DNA of 64,000 nucleotides, taken from NCBI GenBank assembly GCA_964249735.1, contig CAXUDP010000002.1:1052-65051 (forward strand), read 5' to 3'. Positions 26,680 through 34,404 of the stretch are shown in pieces (within the stretch, counting starts at the first letter, position 1; every line of letters starts with the position of its first letter). The stretch is from an uncultured Acetobacteraceae bacterium. GTDB taxonomy: Bacteria; Pseudomonadota; Alphaproteobacteria; Acetobacterales; Acetobacteraceae. The notes below the pieces were generated by a model, which searched no databases, was not told the origin of the DNA, and worked only from the letters and a program-made list of their open reading frames with translations. The translations under genes and the position numbers were made by a program.

Positions 26680-27078
26680 CTACCGGCGCGTGCGACCGCC
26701 GAGTTCGGCCTCGATGGCGGCCTCGAGCTCCTCCGGGGACAGCTCGGTGCCCATGGCGCCGGCTTCCTCCTCGGCGGACACGTCCTGCAGGCCGAAGATG
26801 TTCTGGTCGGTCGGGATCAGGTCCAGCACCTCCTCGTCGGCTGGCTCCGGCTCCGGCGCACGCGCCAGCGACTTGATCAGGTCGCCGTGCAGGCGATCGA
26901 GGTCGACGGTCTCGTCCGCGATCTCGCGCAGCGCCACCACCGGGTTCTTGTCGTTGTCCCGGTCGACCGTCAGCTCCTCGCCGCGGCTCAGGTTGCGCGC
27001 GCGCTGGGCCGCGAGCAGGACCAGCTCGAAGCGGTTGGGGATACGTTCAACGCAGTCTTCGACGGTGACGCGCGCCAT
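26680..27078 (-). CDS. rpoZ: DNA-directed RNA polymerase subunit omega
   Basis: [33 protein letters not shown] is the canonical omega N-terminus. Acidic C-terminal tail. Confidence 0.93.
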   Translation of the reverse strand: MARVTVEDCVERIPNRFELVLLAAQRARNLSRGEELTVDRDNDKNPVVALREIADETVDLDRLHGDLIKSLARAPEPEPADEEVLDLIPTDQNIFGLQDVSAEEEAGAMGTELSPEELEAAIEAELGGRTRR

Positions 27079-27138
27079 GCGGCCAGCCTCCGTATGTCAT
27101 CGGTGTGGAATAGGTCGAGATAGCGAGCCCCGGCCGTC

Positions 27139-27166
27139 ATAGCAAGGGCGGCATGGCAAGGGCGGC
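27139..27166. repeat. 14-bp tandem duplication (2 copies, 1 mismatch)
   Basis: ATAGCAAGGGCGGC / ATGGCAAGGGCGGC, back to back. It lies 7 nt downstream of the folK stop and about 60-90 nt upstream of the rpoZ start. Confidence 0.7.
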
Positions 27167-27172
27167 GGGCTT

Positions 27173-27703
27173 TCAGGGCAGCGGCGAGATCGCGTCCGTC
27201 GACAGTTCGGCCTGCGGCAGCGACGCGATCAGCGACGCCAGGTCCCGGCCGCTCGCGGGATGCACCCAGTCCGGCGCCACGTCGCGCAGCGGCAGCAGCA
27301 CGAAGGCGCGCTCGTGGGCGCGGGGATGCGGCAGCACCGGATCGGGGGCGTTCCGGAGCAGGCCGCCCCGCTTGCCCATGGCGACGATGTCGAGGTCCAG
27401 GGTGCGCGGCGCGTCGACGACGCTGCGCTGGCGGCCATGCCTGTCCTCTATGGCGGAAAGGGCGTCCAGCAGCCGCGCCGGGTCGGGTTCCGCCAGGCCG
27501 GGCTGCGCATGCAGCCGGACCACCCCGTTCACGTAGTCGGGCTGCGCCGAACGCGGCACCGGCGCGGAGCGATACCAGCGCGACACCGTGATCACGGCCA
27601 GGCCCGGCAGGCGCCGCAGCGCCTCGACCGCTTGCGCGCAGGATTGGTAGGGTGTGCATCCGTCCGCACCGGACAGGTTGGCGCCGACCGCCACGAGGAT
27701 CAT
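27173..27703 (-). CDS. folK: 2-amino-4-hydroxy-6-hydroxymethyldihydropteridine diphosphokinase
   Basis: 3' 531 nt of track ORF 27173..29392. MILVAVGANL...SRWYRSAPV...PRTLDLDIV...LPHPRAHERAFVLLPL is the HPPK pattern. 176 aa. Confidence 0.88.
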   Translation of the reverse strand: MILVAVGANLSGADGCTPYQSCAQAVEALRRLPGLAVITVSRWYRSAPVPRSAQPDYVNGVVRLHAQPGLAEPDPARLLDALSAIEDRHGRQRSVVDAPRTLDLDIVAMGKRGGLLRNAPDPVLPHPRAHERAFVLLPLRDVAPDWVHPASGRDLASLIASLPQAELSTDAISPLP

Positions 27704-27781
27704 CGCCGGCGCCGCGGACGGGGGGAAGACGGCGCGCCCAAGCGCCGCGTCCCGGGGACACACGACCAGGAGCAGCGCATC

Positions 27782-28384
27782 ATGATCTTCCGGCAGGACG
27801 AACGGGTCTGTCTCTTCATAGACGGGGCGAATCTTTACTCGGCATCGCGCAACCTCGGCTTCGACGTCGACTACCGCAACCTGCTCGGGTACTTCCGCGC
27901 CCGGTGCAACGTCCTTCGCGCCTACTATTATTCCGCCGTGCTCGACAGCGAGGAGTACTCCCCGCTCAAGCCGCTCACCGACTGGCTGGCCTATAACGGC
28001 TACACCCTGGTGACCAAGGCGGCGCGCGAGTTCACCGACGCCAACGGGCGCCGCCGGATCAAGGGCAACATGGACATCGAGCTGGCGATCGACATGCTGG
28101 AGCTGGCGCCGCGCATGGACCACGCGGTGCTGTTCAGCGGCGATGCCGATTTCCGTCGCCTGGTGGAGGCGGTGCAGCGACAAGGGGTCAGGGTGTCGGT
28201 GGTGTCGTCGCTGCGCACCACGCCGGTCATGGTCGGCGACGAGCTGCGACGCCAGGCCGACCAGTTCCTGGAGCTGGCCGACATCGCCCCGGAGTTCACC
28301 CGCCGCCAGACCGAGCCGCGGCATCGCCAGGCTCCCCGCACGGTGCCGGCAGAAGCGATGGGCGAGCCGGACGAGGTGCTCTGA
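27782..28384 (+). CDS. NYN/LabA-like (DUF88) domain protein
   Basis: In-frame 3' part of track ORF 27260..28384, from ATG 27782 (AGGAG 9 nt upstream). VCLFIDGANLY...NMDIELAIDMLE...HAVLFSGDADFRRLVEAVQRQGVRVSVV is the PIN-like NYN core. Confidence 0.8.
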   Translation: MIFRQDERVCLFIDGANLYSASRNLGFDVDYRNLLGYFRARCNVLRAYYYSAVLDSEEYSPLKPLTDWLAYNGYTLVTKAAREFTDANGRRRIKGNMDIELAIDMLELAPRMDHAVLFSGDADFRRLVEAVQRQGVRVSVVSSLRTTPVMVGDELRRQADQFLELADIAPEFTRRQTEPRHRQAPRTVPAEAMGEPDEVL

Positions 28385-28462
28385 CCGGTTGACCGGTTCG
28401 CCGGCGCTGGACCCGACGCACTCCGGCTGCCAGGAAGGCCCTGGCGGGAATGGAGCGGACGC

Positions 28463-29149
28463 ATGGCGGCGGGAACGGGTGTGGCTGCGGCGCCGGACGC
28501 GGCAGAGCCGCCACGTGATTGTCCGCTCTGCCCACGTCTCGCCGAATACCGTGCCGCCAACCGCGCGGCGCATCCGGACTGGTGGAACGGCCCGGTGCCG
28601 AGCTGGGGCGACCGGGGCGCCCGGCTGCTGGTGGTCGGGCTGGCGCCGGGGGTGCGTGGCGCCAACCGCACCGGCCGGCCGTTCACCGGCGACTACGCGG
28701 GCGTGCTGCTCTACGAGACGCTGATCCGGTTCGGCTTCGCGGAGGGCAGTTATGCCGCGGATCCCTCGGACGGGCTGTCGCTGCCGCGTGCGCGGATCGT
28801 CAACGCGGTGCGCTGCGTGCCGCCAGGCAACCTGCCGCTGCCGGCGGAGGTGCGCACCTGCAACGGCTTCCTCCGGGCGGAGCTCGACGCGATGACCGCC
28901 AAGAGCGCGGTGCTGGCGCTGGGGGTGGTGGCGCACAACGCGGTGCTGCGGGCGCTCGGCCTGCCGGCATCGCGCCAACCGTTCAAGCACGGCCAGGTGC
29001 TGATCCTGGCCGACGGCTTGTTGCTGGCCGACAGCTATCACGTGTCGCGCTACAACACGAACACGCGGCTGCTGACGACGGACATGTTCGAAGCCGTGGT
29101 GGGCGACCTGCGCGACCGCCTCCAAAGCTGGACGACCACAAGCTCGTGA
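28463..29149 (+). CDS. Uracil-DNA glycosylase superfamily protein (family 4/5-like)
   Basis: CPLCPRL near the N-terminus, motif A-like LLVVGLAPGVRGANRTGRPFTGDYAG and motif B-like SYHVSRYNTNT. 228 aa. Confidence 0.82.
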   Translation: MAAGTGVAAAPDAAEPPRDCPLCPRLAEYRAANRAAHPDWWNGPVPSWGDRGARLLVVGLAPGVRGANRTGRPFTGDYAGVLLYETLIRFGFAEGSYAADPSDGLSLPRARIVNAVRCVPPGNLPLPAEVRTCNGFLRAELDAMTAKSAVLALGVVAHNAVLRALGLPASRQPFKHGQVLILADGLLLADSYHVSRYNTNTRLLTTDMFEAVVGDLRDRLQSWTTTSS

Positions 29150-29805
29150 CCGGCCCGATGCATGGATAGGACCGCCGGCACTCCGGACCGGTTGGCTTGG
29201 CTTACGGGACGGCCGGCGGCGGCGGAACGGGATGTGGGAGCGCCAGGCAATCCCCGGCGTTGCACAGGTCATCTGCAACGAGCCGGGACGTATCAGGAGC
29301 GCAACGACCTGTTCCCGTCCCGACCAGCGACATAGGACGACCGGCTCCCCGATCCGCTCCCGCGTCCCCGCCGGGCCGCCTGTATCGAGCACCCGCGCAG
29401 ATCCTGCGATGACGAGGCCGCCCGCAGCCTCGGTGCCACACGATCCTCAACCGGATCCTTACCACCTTTCCCTTCTCGGTCACGTTTTTGTGATCGACAT
29501 CCTGCAACGTGCCGATCGCCACCTCAGCGTCTGACCGGTTGTTCCAGCGGACGGAACGGTTCTTGAACGTAACGAAAAGTCGGCCTGTGCGTCATGCATC
29601 GTGCACGACGCGTCCGGATCAACAACAGGAAGCGGTTCGTGCGACAGAACCTCGGATGTCGGCCATCGACATCCGATTGCGACATCCTGTCTCCCCGTTG
29701 TTCGGCCGGGGACACAGCATTTCTGATACGACCGACATGCGGCGCGTGGTTCATCGTCACAAGAACTGCATGACCCAATTCTAGGCAGTGTCAGATCATG
29801 GAACG

Positions 29806-29838
29806 CCACAAGCTTTGTGGACCATAACGGTTCGTTAT
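29806..29838. promoter_or_regulatory. Two adjacent 15-nt palindromes in a low-GC non-coding gap
   Basis: CCACAA-gct-TTGTGG (29806-29820) and ATAACG-gtt-CGTTAT (29824-29838), 3 nt apart. They lie about 190-220 nt upstream of the ORF starting at 30025. Function unknown. Confidence 0.25.
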
Positions 29839-30024
29839 CAAAACGTCTTAAAACTAGGTGAATGCCTGCTGCCTCGGTCCAGCAGGGCTTCCATACGTGC
29901 ACCGGTTCAAGCCAGCCGCCGACAGCACATTCACGTGATATTAACTGTTGTTCTGTATCTGAAACGAAGGTAGTCCGTTTCGCATCGGGAACGAGTTCCC
30001 AGGCCGCCTTTCCGGAGCAAGATC

Positions 30025-30828
30025 ATGCGACAGATGCTTATTGCGACTACCATGTTTTGTCTTTCTGCGGCGCCGGCGCTGGCGCAGGGCGTCACGCCGA
30101 TGACCATGAGCGTCAACCTGACCGGTACCGGCTTCCAGGCAGCGTCCACGATCAATGCCGGCATCGTCGGGGCAGGTGTCAACGGTCCGGGGCATGCCCA
30201 GGTCGGCCTGTCCGTCAACATGAACAAGGCGAACTGGTGGGACAACCATGCCGCCGTCGGCGAGGAGGACGGTGTCTACTCGACCATCTACCAGGGTGGC
30301 CAGGGCTCCGACACGTCCGCCTATCTCGGCCAGATCGTTGCGACCGGCCTGGGGTTCGCGAGCGTGATGGAAGGAACGGTCACGATCCAGCCGCAGATCA
30401 CCTCAGGCAATGGCGTCGTCGATGCCATGCTCGACGTGCAGGTCGGCGTGATCAACGTCGGCAACCAGATCTACGGGTCGAACTACAACCTGGCCTTGAA
30501 GCCCACCAACGCGACCGCCGTCGGCTACAGCCTGAACGGTGCCGGCTGGGACTACCTCGCGCAGTGGTGGAACGGCAGCACGGAGGAATTCCATGTCGAC
30601 GGCGCGGGCAACCTGAAGGCCGCCGGAGCGGTACAGGCCGGCATGCTCACGACGGCAAGCCTTCCGAGGAACTGCACCGCCGGGCAGCAGCTCTATGCGA
30701 GCGACGGACGGAAGGCCGGCGAGGCCGCAGGGAACGGGTCGGGCATTCCGGTGATCTGCACCGCGACCCGCAGGGGATATCCGACCGCCTGGTTCAGCAT
30801 GTGGAGCGGCATGGCAGTCACGGATTGA
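30025..30828 (+). CDS. Secreted protein of unknown function (Gly/Asn/Val/Thr-rich, probably beta-rich)
   Basis: GGAG 8 nt upstream of the ATG. Sec signal peptide MRQMLIATTMFCLSAAPALA|QG. The mature part has no recognisable catalytic motif. Two Cys flank a Gly-rich C-terminal motif (LPRNCTAGQQLYASDGRKAGEAAGNGSGIPVICTAT). GC lower than the backbone. Confidence 0.65.
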   Translation: MRQMLIATTMFCLSAAPALAQGVTPMTMSVNLTGTGFQAASTINAGIVGAGVNGPGHAQVGLSVNMNKANWWDNHAAVGEEDGVYSTIYQGGQGSDTSAYLGQIVATGLGFASVMEGTVTIQPQITSGNGVVDAMLDVQVGVINVGNQIYGSNYNLALKPTNATAVGYSLNGAGWDYLAQWWNGSTEEFHVDGAGNLKAAGAVQAGMLTTASLPRNCTAGQQLYASDGRKAGEAAGNGSGIPVICTATRRGYPTAWFSMWSGMAVTD

Positions 30829-31008
30829 ACATCGAGCCTTCTGTTACCTGACGGTGATGCGCAGGACATGGGAGGCGGGCTTCGGTTTCAATCCGCCGCC
30901 CGCCATCCTGCACTTGCAATACCCTGCTGGCGGCCGGACGAGCCGAAGCAAAGGAAGCGTTCGATCCGGCAAGGAGCGGGTACTTCCCTGACCCACACCA
31001 GCCGGCCT

Positions 31009-31024
31009 GCCCCGGAAACGGGGC
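31009..31024. terminator. GCCCCG-GAAA-CGGGGC tetraloop hairpin between convergent genes
   Basis: 6-bp GC stem with a GAAA loop, in the 507-bp gap between the + ORF ending at 30828 and the - ORF ending at 31336. No U-tract, so only a candidate. Confidence 0.3.
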
Positions 31025-31335
31025 GAACTCGATCCGGGCAGACGTCATGGCCAGGACACAATGCGACGCAGCCCTGCGGACGGGACGGTCTCTGGTCCTC
31101 ACGTGCGGGCCGTGCACCATCCCGCCGCCCTTCTTCATCTCGGCAACTTGGTCATACATGGACGCGATGACGTCATTCCCCGTCTCGGTTCCGGTCGCCG
31201 CAGGCGTCCCGATCTCGGCGTAGCGGCACGCAGTGTCGGTTTGCGCCGTTCTTCCGTCGGATCGTCGGTGCCTGTTCCTCCCGATCGCATCTGCCTGGTC
31301 CATGGCCGGAACCGTCGCCGGCCCGCTCGTGTCAT

Positions 31336-32424
31336 CTAGTCTGGAATCGCTTCCAGTCCGGCGGGCTCCATCGCCGTGACACCATCCTGCTTCATCCGGA
31401 ACGTCGCCAATGCCGAGTAGACTCGCAGCCTGGCGCGCATCAGCGAGCCCAGCGGGCGGTGCGTTTCCAAGGAATGCGCCGGCCGGAAGCTCATCCGGTC
31501 CTCCACGAACTGCACCCGCGCCGGCGACAGCGCGTCCTGCCTCGGCAGGGTCAACGTGGCGACGGTGACGTAAGGACTGTCCTGCTCCGGCCACTGCACG
31601 GACGCATCCTCGATCGGCATCGTGTCGAGGTCGGTGCAAAGCTGGACCCGCAGCTCGAACACCGCGTCATGATCGCGGAAATATGCAGCAGTGGCGTTGC
31701 GGAACACGTCCGGATCGGCGCCGGGGTCCAGCGTTTCCACGGACCGCGCCTGTTGCGCGGCGGACACCGGAAACAGCCCGATCTTCGCCACGTGGTCGCC
31801 ATAACGCATCGCGGCCTGGCTATGGTAGCTTTCCGCCACCGGATGCAGCGGAGCATGGCCGAAGAAGTCCAGCCTGGGCACGTCGTTGCCGGTCACCGCC
31901 TTGGCGGCTGCGTTCAGGGTGCGAGCGGTAACGGATGCGGCAGTCTTGAGCGTCTCATGGCCGCCGGAAACTGCCTCGATCTGGCGCATGCTCTTGAGGA
32001 ACGCGGCTGCGTCCGCGTCGGGAAACACCGGGCCGGTCGCGAGGACGAAGTCCTGCGTGTCCTCCGCATGGCCGTCGATCTTCGGCCCGGTCACGCCGAA
32101 CACCTTGAGGGCCAGCCCGCGATGGGTGGAAATCTTGTCGGACACGTGCTCGCCGGGACCCTGCGCCAGCCGTACCAGCGCTGGATAGGATCCCGGCTGC
32201 GCGAACAGCCCCTGCCGGAATGCCGGGGCCAGTTCGCCGTGCACCACCAGGACACCCTTCAGCAGGCCGCTGGTCTTGGCATGTGAGGCGCGTACGGCCT
32301 TTCCACCCTGGGCTTTCGCCACTCTGACGGTCTCGTTCTGCATGGACGTGACGATGCCGTCGATCGTCTCCGTCTCGCCTGGCGCCAGCGTCTCGATGCC
32401 GAGGTGATAACTCACGAAGCTCAT
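31336..32424 (-). CDS. Small catalase-related haem protein (catalase family protein, 362 aa)
   Basis: Distal-His region GGKAVRASHAKTSGLLKG (compare catalase R-x-x-HAKG). Proximal-Tyr region RPLGSLMRARLRVYSALATFR near the C-terminus. Much shorter than true monofunctional catalases. Confidence 0.72.
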   Translation of the reverse strand: MSFVSYHLGIETLAPGETETIDGIVTSMQNETVRVAKAQGGKAVRASHAKTSGLLKGVLVVHGELAPAFRQGLFAQPGSYPALVRLAQGPGEHVSDKISTHRGLALKVFGVTGPKIDGHAEDTQDFVLATGPVFPDADAAAFLKSMRQIEAVSGGHETLKTAASVTARTLNAAAKAVTGNDVPRLDFFGHAPLHPVAESYHSQAAMRYGDHVAKIGLFPVSAAQQARSVETLDPGADPDVFRNATAAYFRDHDAVFELRVQLCTDLDTMPIEDASVQWPEQDSPYVTVATLTLPRQDALSPARVQFVEDRMSFRPAHSLETHRPLGSLMRARLRVYSALATFRMKQDGVTAMEPAGLEAIPD

Positions 32425-32534
32425 CTTGATTGCCTCCTGTGGACCTGCGAATCCCCCGTCCCGGGATCGTTGTCTTCGCTCCGTTCCGTGCAGGACGTCG
32501 CACGATCCCTGTCATCCGCTGCGGCCAGCATCAA

Positions 32535-32561
32535 GGGTCCGGACGGCGGCCATCCGGACCC
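32535..32561 (-). terminator. 9-bp stem hairpin downstream of the small Lys-rich ORF
   Basis: GGGTCCGGA-cggcggcca-TCCGGACCC, 30 nt after the stop at 32591 (reverse strand). Followed on the reverse strand by TTGATG. Confidence 0.45.
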
Positions 32562-32590
32562 GCGACGGTAGGTTGGCCTGGATAAGACCG

Positions 32591-32920
32591 TCAGGCGGCT
32601 TCGGTGGTTTCCGACGCCTGCGTCAGTGCCTCGCCAAGGGCGCGCACCTTCTCGGCGTTCTTGGTGTCAGCCTTGCCGGCAAGAGTCACGGTCTCCTTGC
32701 CGAGCTTGGCGACCAGCTTCCTGATCGCTTCGCCATCCAGTTCCTTGGCGTGGAGGTGCTTCTTCAGGCTTTCGAGGTCGCGGACGATGGCCTTCGCGCC
32801 TGGCGCGTCGAGCTTGCCCAGCGTTTCCTCCCATCCCTCAATATTCTTGGTGGCGGCACTGATGGTGAAGCCCTTCACACCATCCTTGAAGTGCTTAATC
32901 GTGGCGTCGAACTGTGGCAT
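32591..32920 (-). CDS. Small Lys-rich helical protein of unknown function (109 aa)
   Basis: Internal ATG (complement 32918-32920) of track ORF 32591..33094. MPQFDATIKHFKDGVKGFTISAATKNIEGWEETLGKLDAPGAKAIVRDLESLKKHLHAKELDGEAIRKLVAKLGKE... This amphipathic, K/E-rich composition is atypical for this Arg-rich genome. The upstream 58 codons look non-coding. Confidence 0.5.
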   Translation of the reverse strand: MPQFDATIKHFKDGVKGFTISAATKNIEGWEETLGKLDAPGAKAIVRDLESLKKHLHAKELDGEAIRKLVAKLGKETVTLAGKADTKNAEKVRALGEALTQASETTEAA

Positions 32921-33032
32921 GTCCTGGACCTGCTTGGTTGAGGCACGGTGCTTGATCGCAACGTCGCCACCGCAACAGGTGACTGGGCCCAAGGGTTTCC
33001 CGTCCAACGCGACCGTGAGGAAGGCGCCGCCC

Positions 33033-33518
33033 TCAGCCGCGGTTGCGCAGCAGCCGAGCCTTGTCGCGCTGCCAATCGCGCGCGGCGATGGCATGGCGCT
33101 TGTCGGCGTTCTTGCGTCCCTCGCCCACGCCCAGCGTCACCTTGGCGACGCCCTTGTCGTTGAAGTGGATGTCGAGCGGCACCAGCGTGTAGCCGCTCTT
33201 CTTCACCTCGCCGAGCATCTTGTCGATCTGCTTGTGGTGCAGCAGCAGCTTGCGCGGCGCCTTGGGCTCGAACCGCGACAGCACCCCGCCCTGGTACTCG
33301 GGGATGTAGCAGTTGAACATCCACACCGCCCCGTCGCGTTCGGCGGCGTAGGCCTCGGTCAGGGTGGCGCGTCCCAGTCGCAGGCTCTTGACCTCCGGGC
33401 CCTTGAGCACGATCCCGGCTTCCACAGTCTCCTTGATGGTGTAGTCGAACCGGCCCTTGCGGTTCTGTGCCGCGATGCCATGCGAGATCATCCCGCTCTT
33501 CTTCTTGTCCTTGGCCAT
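33033..33518 (-). CDS. smpB: SsrA-binding protein
   Basis: From MAKDKKKSGMISHGIAAQNRKGRFDYTIKETVEAGIVLKGPEVKSLR...LLLHHKQIDKM..GYTLVPL. Textbook SmpB, 161 aa. Confidence 0.93.
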   Translation of the reverse strand: MAKDKKKSGMISHGIAAQNRKGRFDYTIKETVEAGIVLKGPEVKSLRLGRATLTEAYAAERDGAVWMFNCYIPEYQGGVLSRFEPKAPRKLLLHHKQIDKMLGEVKKSGYTLVPLDIHFNDKGVAKVTLGVGEGRKNADKRHAIAARDWQRDKARLLRNRG

Positions 33519-33525
33519 GGATGCG

Positions 33526-34404
33526 TCAGCCGAGCAGGCCGACCTCCTCCATCGCCGCCCGTACCACGGCACGGGTCTCGTCACGCAGCGGAGCCAGCGG
33601 CAGGCGGCAGGTTTCGCCGGCCCTTCGGAGCAGGCTTGCCGCATACTTCACCGGGGCCGGGCTGCTTTCGGCGAACAAGGCGTCGTGCAGCGGCAGCAGC
33701 CGGTCCTGCAGCGCCATCGCCGCCCGGACGTCGCCCCGGTCCCAGGCTCCCTGCATCTGTGCGCACAGGACGGGAGCGACATTGGCGGTGACGCTGATGC
33801 AGCCGGATCCTCCGGCGGCATTATACGCCAGCGCGGTGCCGTCCTCGCCGGACAGCTGGCAGAACCCAGGCCCGGCGGCACGACGGATCTGCAGCGGGCG
33901 GAGCAGGTTGGCGGTGGCGTCCTTCACGCCGATGATGTTGGGATGCCGCGCCAGCCGCGCCATGGTCTCGACGCTCATGTCGATCACGCTGCGGGCCGGG
34001 ATGTTGTAGATCACGATCGGCAGGTCGACCGCATCGGCGATCGCCATGTAGTGCCGATACAGCCCGTCCTGGGTCGGCTTGTTGTAATAGGGCGTCACCA
34101 CGAGAGCGCCGTCCGCCCCCGCCTCCCTGGCGTGGCGCGTGATGGCGATGGCCTCCGCCGTGCTGCTGGAGCCGGTGCCGGCCAGCACGCCGACGCGGCC
34201 GGAGGCGGTGCGGACCGCCAGGTCGATCAATCGCCGATGTTCCCCGTCCGTCAGGGTCGGGCTTTCGCCGGTGGTGCCGGTGGGCACCACGGCGCTGGTG
34301 CCGCTCTCGATCTGCCACGCGATCAAACGCTCGAAAGCCGCCTCATCCAGGGCGCCGTCCGGCTGCATGGGGGTGATGAGGGCGACGATCGAGCCCTTGA
34401 ACAT
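33526..34404 (-). CDS. dapA: 4-hydroxy-tetrahydrodipicolinate synthase
   Basis: 3' 879 nt of track ORF 33526..35286. MFKGSIVALITPM...VPTGTTGESPTLT...VTPYYNKPTQ...IYNIPARS...GVKDAT (catalytic Lys context). Confidence 0.93.
   Translation of the reverse strand: MFKGSIVALITPMQPDGALDEAAFERLIAWQIESGTSAVVPTGTTGESPTLTDGEHRRLIDLAVRTASGRVGVLAGTGSSSTAEAIAITRHAREAGADGALVVTPYYNKPTQDGLYRHYMAIADAVDLPIVIYNIPARSVIDMSVETMARLARHPNIIGVKDATANLLRPLQIRRAAGPGFCQLSGEDGTALAYNAAGGSGCISVTANVAPVLCAQMQGAWDRGDVRAAMALQDRLLPLHDALFAESSPAPVKYAASLLRRAGETCRLPLAPLRDETRAVVRAAMEEVGLLG

Noticed and set aside
27782-29149. NYN/LabA nuclease-fold gene plus uracil-DNA glycosylase, considered as a defence-type pair
   Set aside because: Both have backbone-like GC and separate starts 78 nt apart. 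They have no ATPase, methylase or sensor partner. They look like ordinary RNA/DNA-housekeeping genes next to folK-rpoZ.
29639-29773. 44-codon GTG-initiated sORF (MRQNLGCRPSTSDCDILSPRCSAGDTAFLIRPTCGAWFIVTRTA) with AGGAAG 6 nt upstream, in the low-GC gap; considered as a Cys-rich peptide/RiPP precursor
   Set aside because: Codon usage is dominated by A/T-ending codons, unlike any gene here. No modifying enzyme or exporter is adjacent, and there is no way to test conservation. Evidence is insufficient to call a gene.
29480-29902. 140-aa minus-strand ORF, and overlapping 84-106-aa ORFs, in the 29.2-30.0 kb gap
   Set aside because: No RBS. Cys/Arg/Trp-rich nonsense-like composition. The ORFs mutually overlap in several frames. 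Treated as non-coding.
29900-29916. GGTTCAAGCC, a T-loop-like string suggesting a tRNA
   Set aside because: No complementary T-stem, acceptor stem or anticodon arm can be drawn around it. Not a tRNA.
30818-31639. 273-aa minus-strand ORF covering the 30.83-31.34 kb gap
   Set aside because: It overlaps the 3' ends of both flanking genes, has no motifs, and has Arg-rich composition. The gap is better explained as a convergent-terminator region (GAAA-tetraloop hairpin at 31009-31024).
32483-32487. GGAAC (minus strand) upstream of the catalase-related gene, and GGAAC strings at 29563 and 29988, considered as EcfG general-stress promoters
   Set aside because: The required CGTT element is not found at 16-17 nt spacing. 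Spacing is 13 nt to a CGAT in the first case and absent in the others.
30829-33032. Search for ssrA (tmRNA, one- or two-piece) near smpB, including the GGCGG..TTTCAATCCGCC segment at about 30870-30900
   Set aside because: There is no tRNA-Ala-like acceptor/T-arm ending in CCA and no ANDN..AA-type tag reading frame. ssrA appears to lie elsewhere in the genome.
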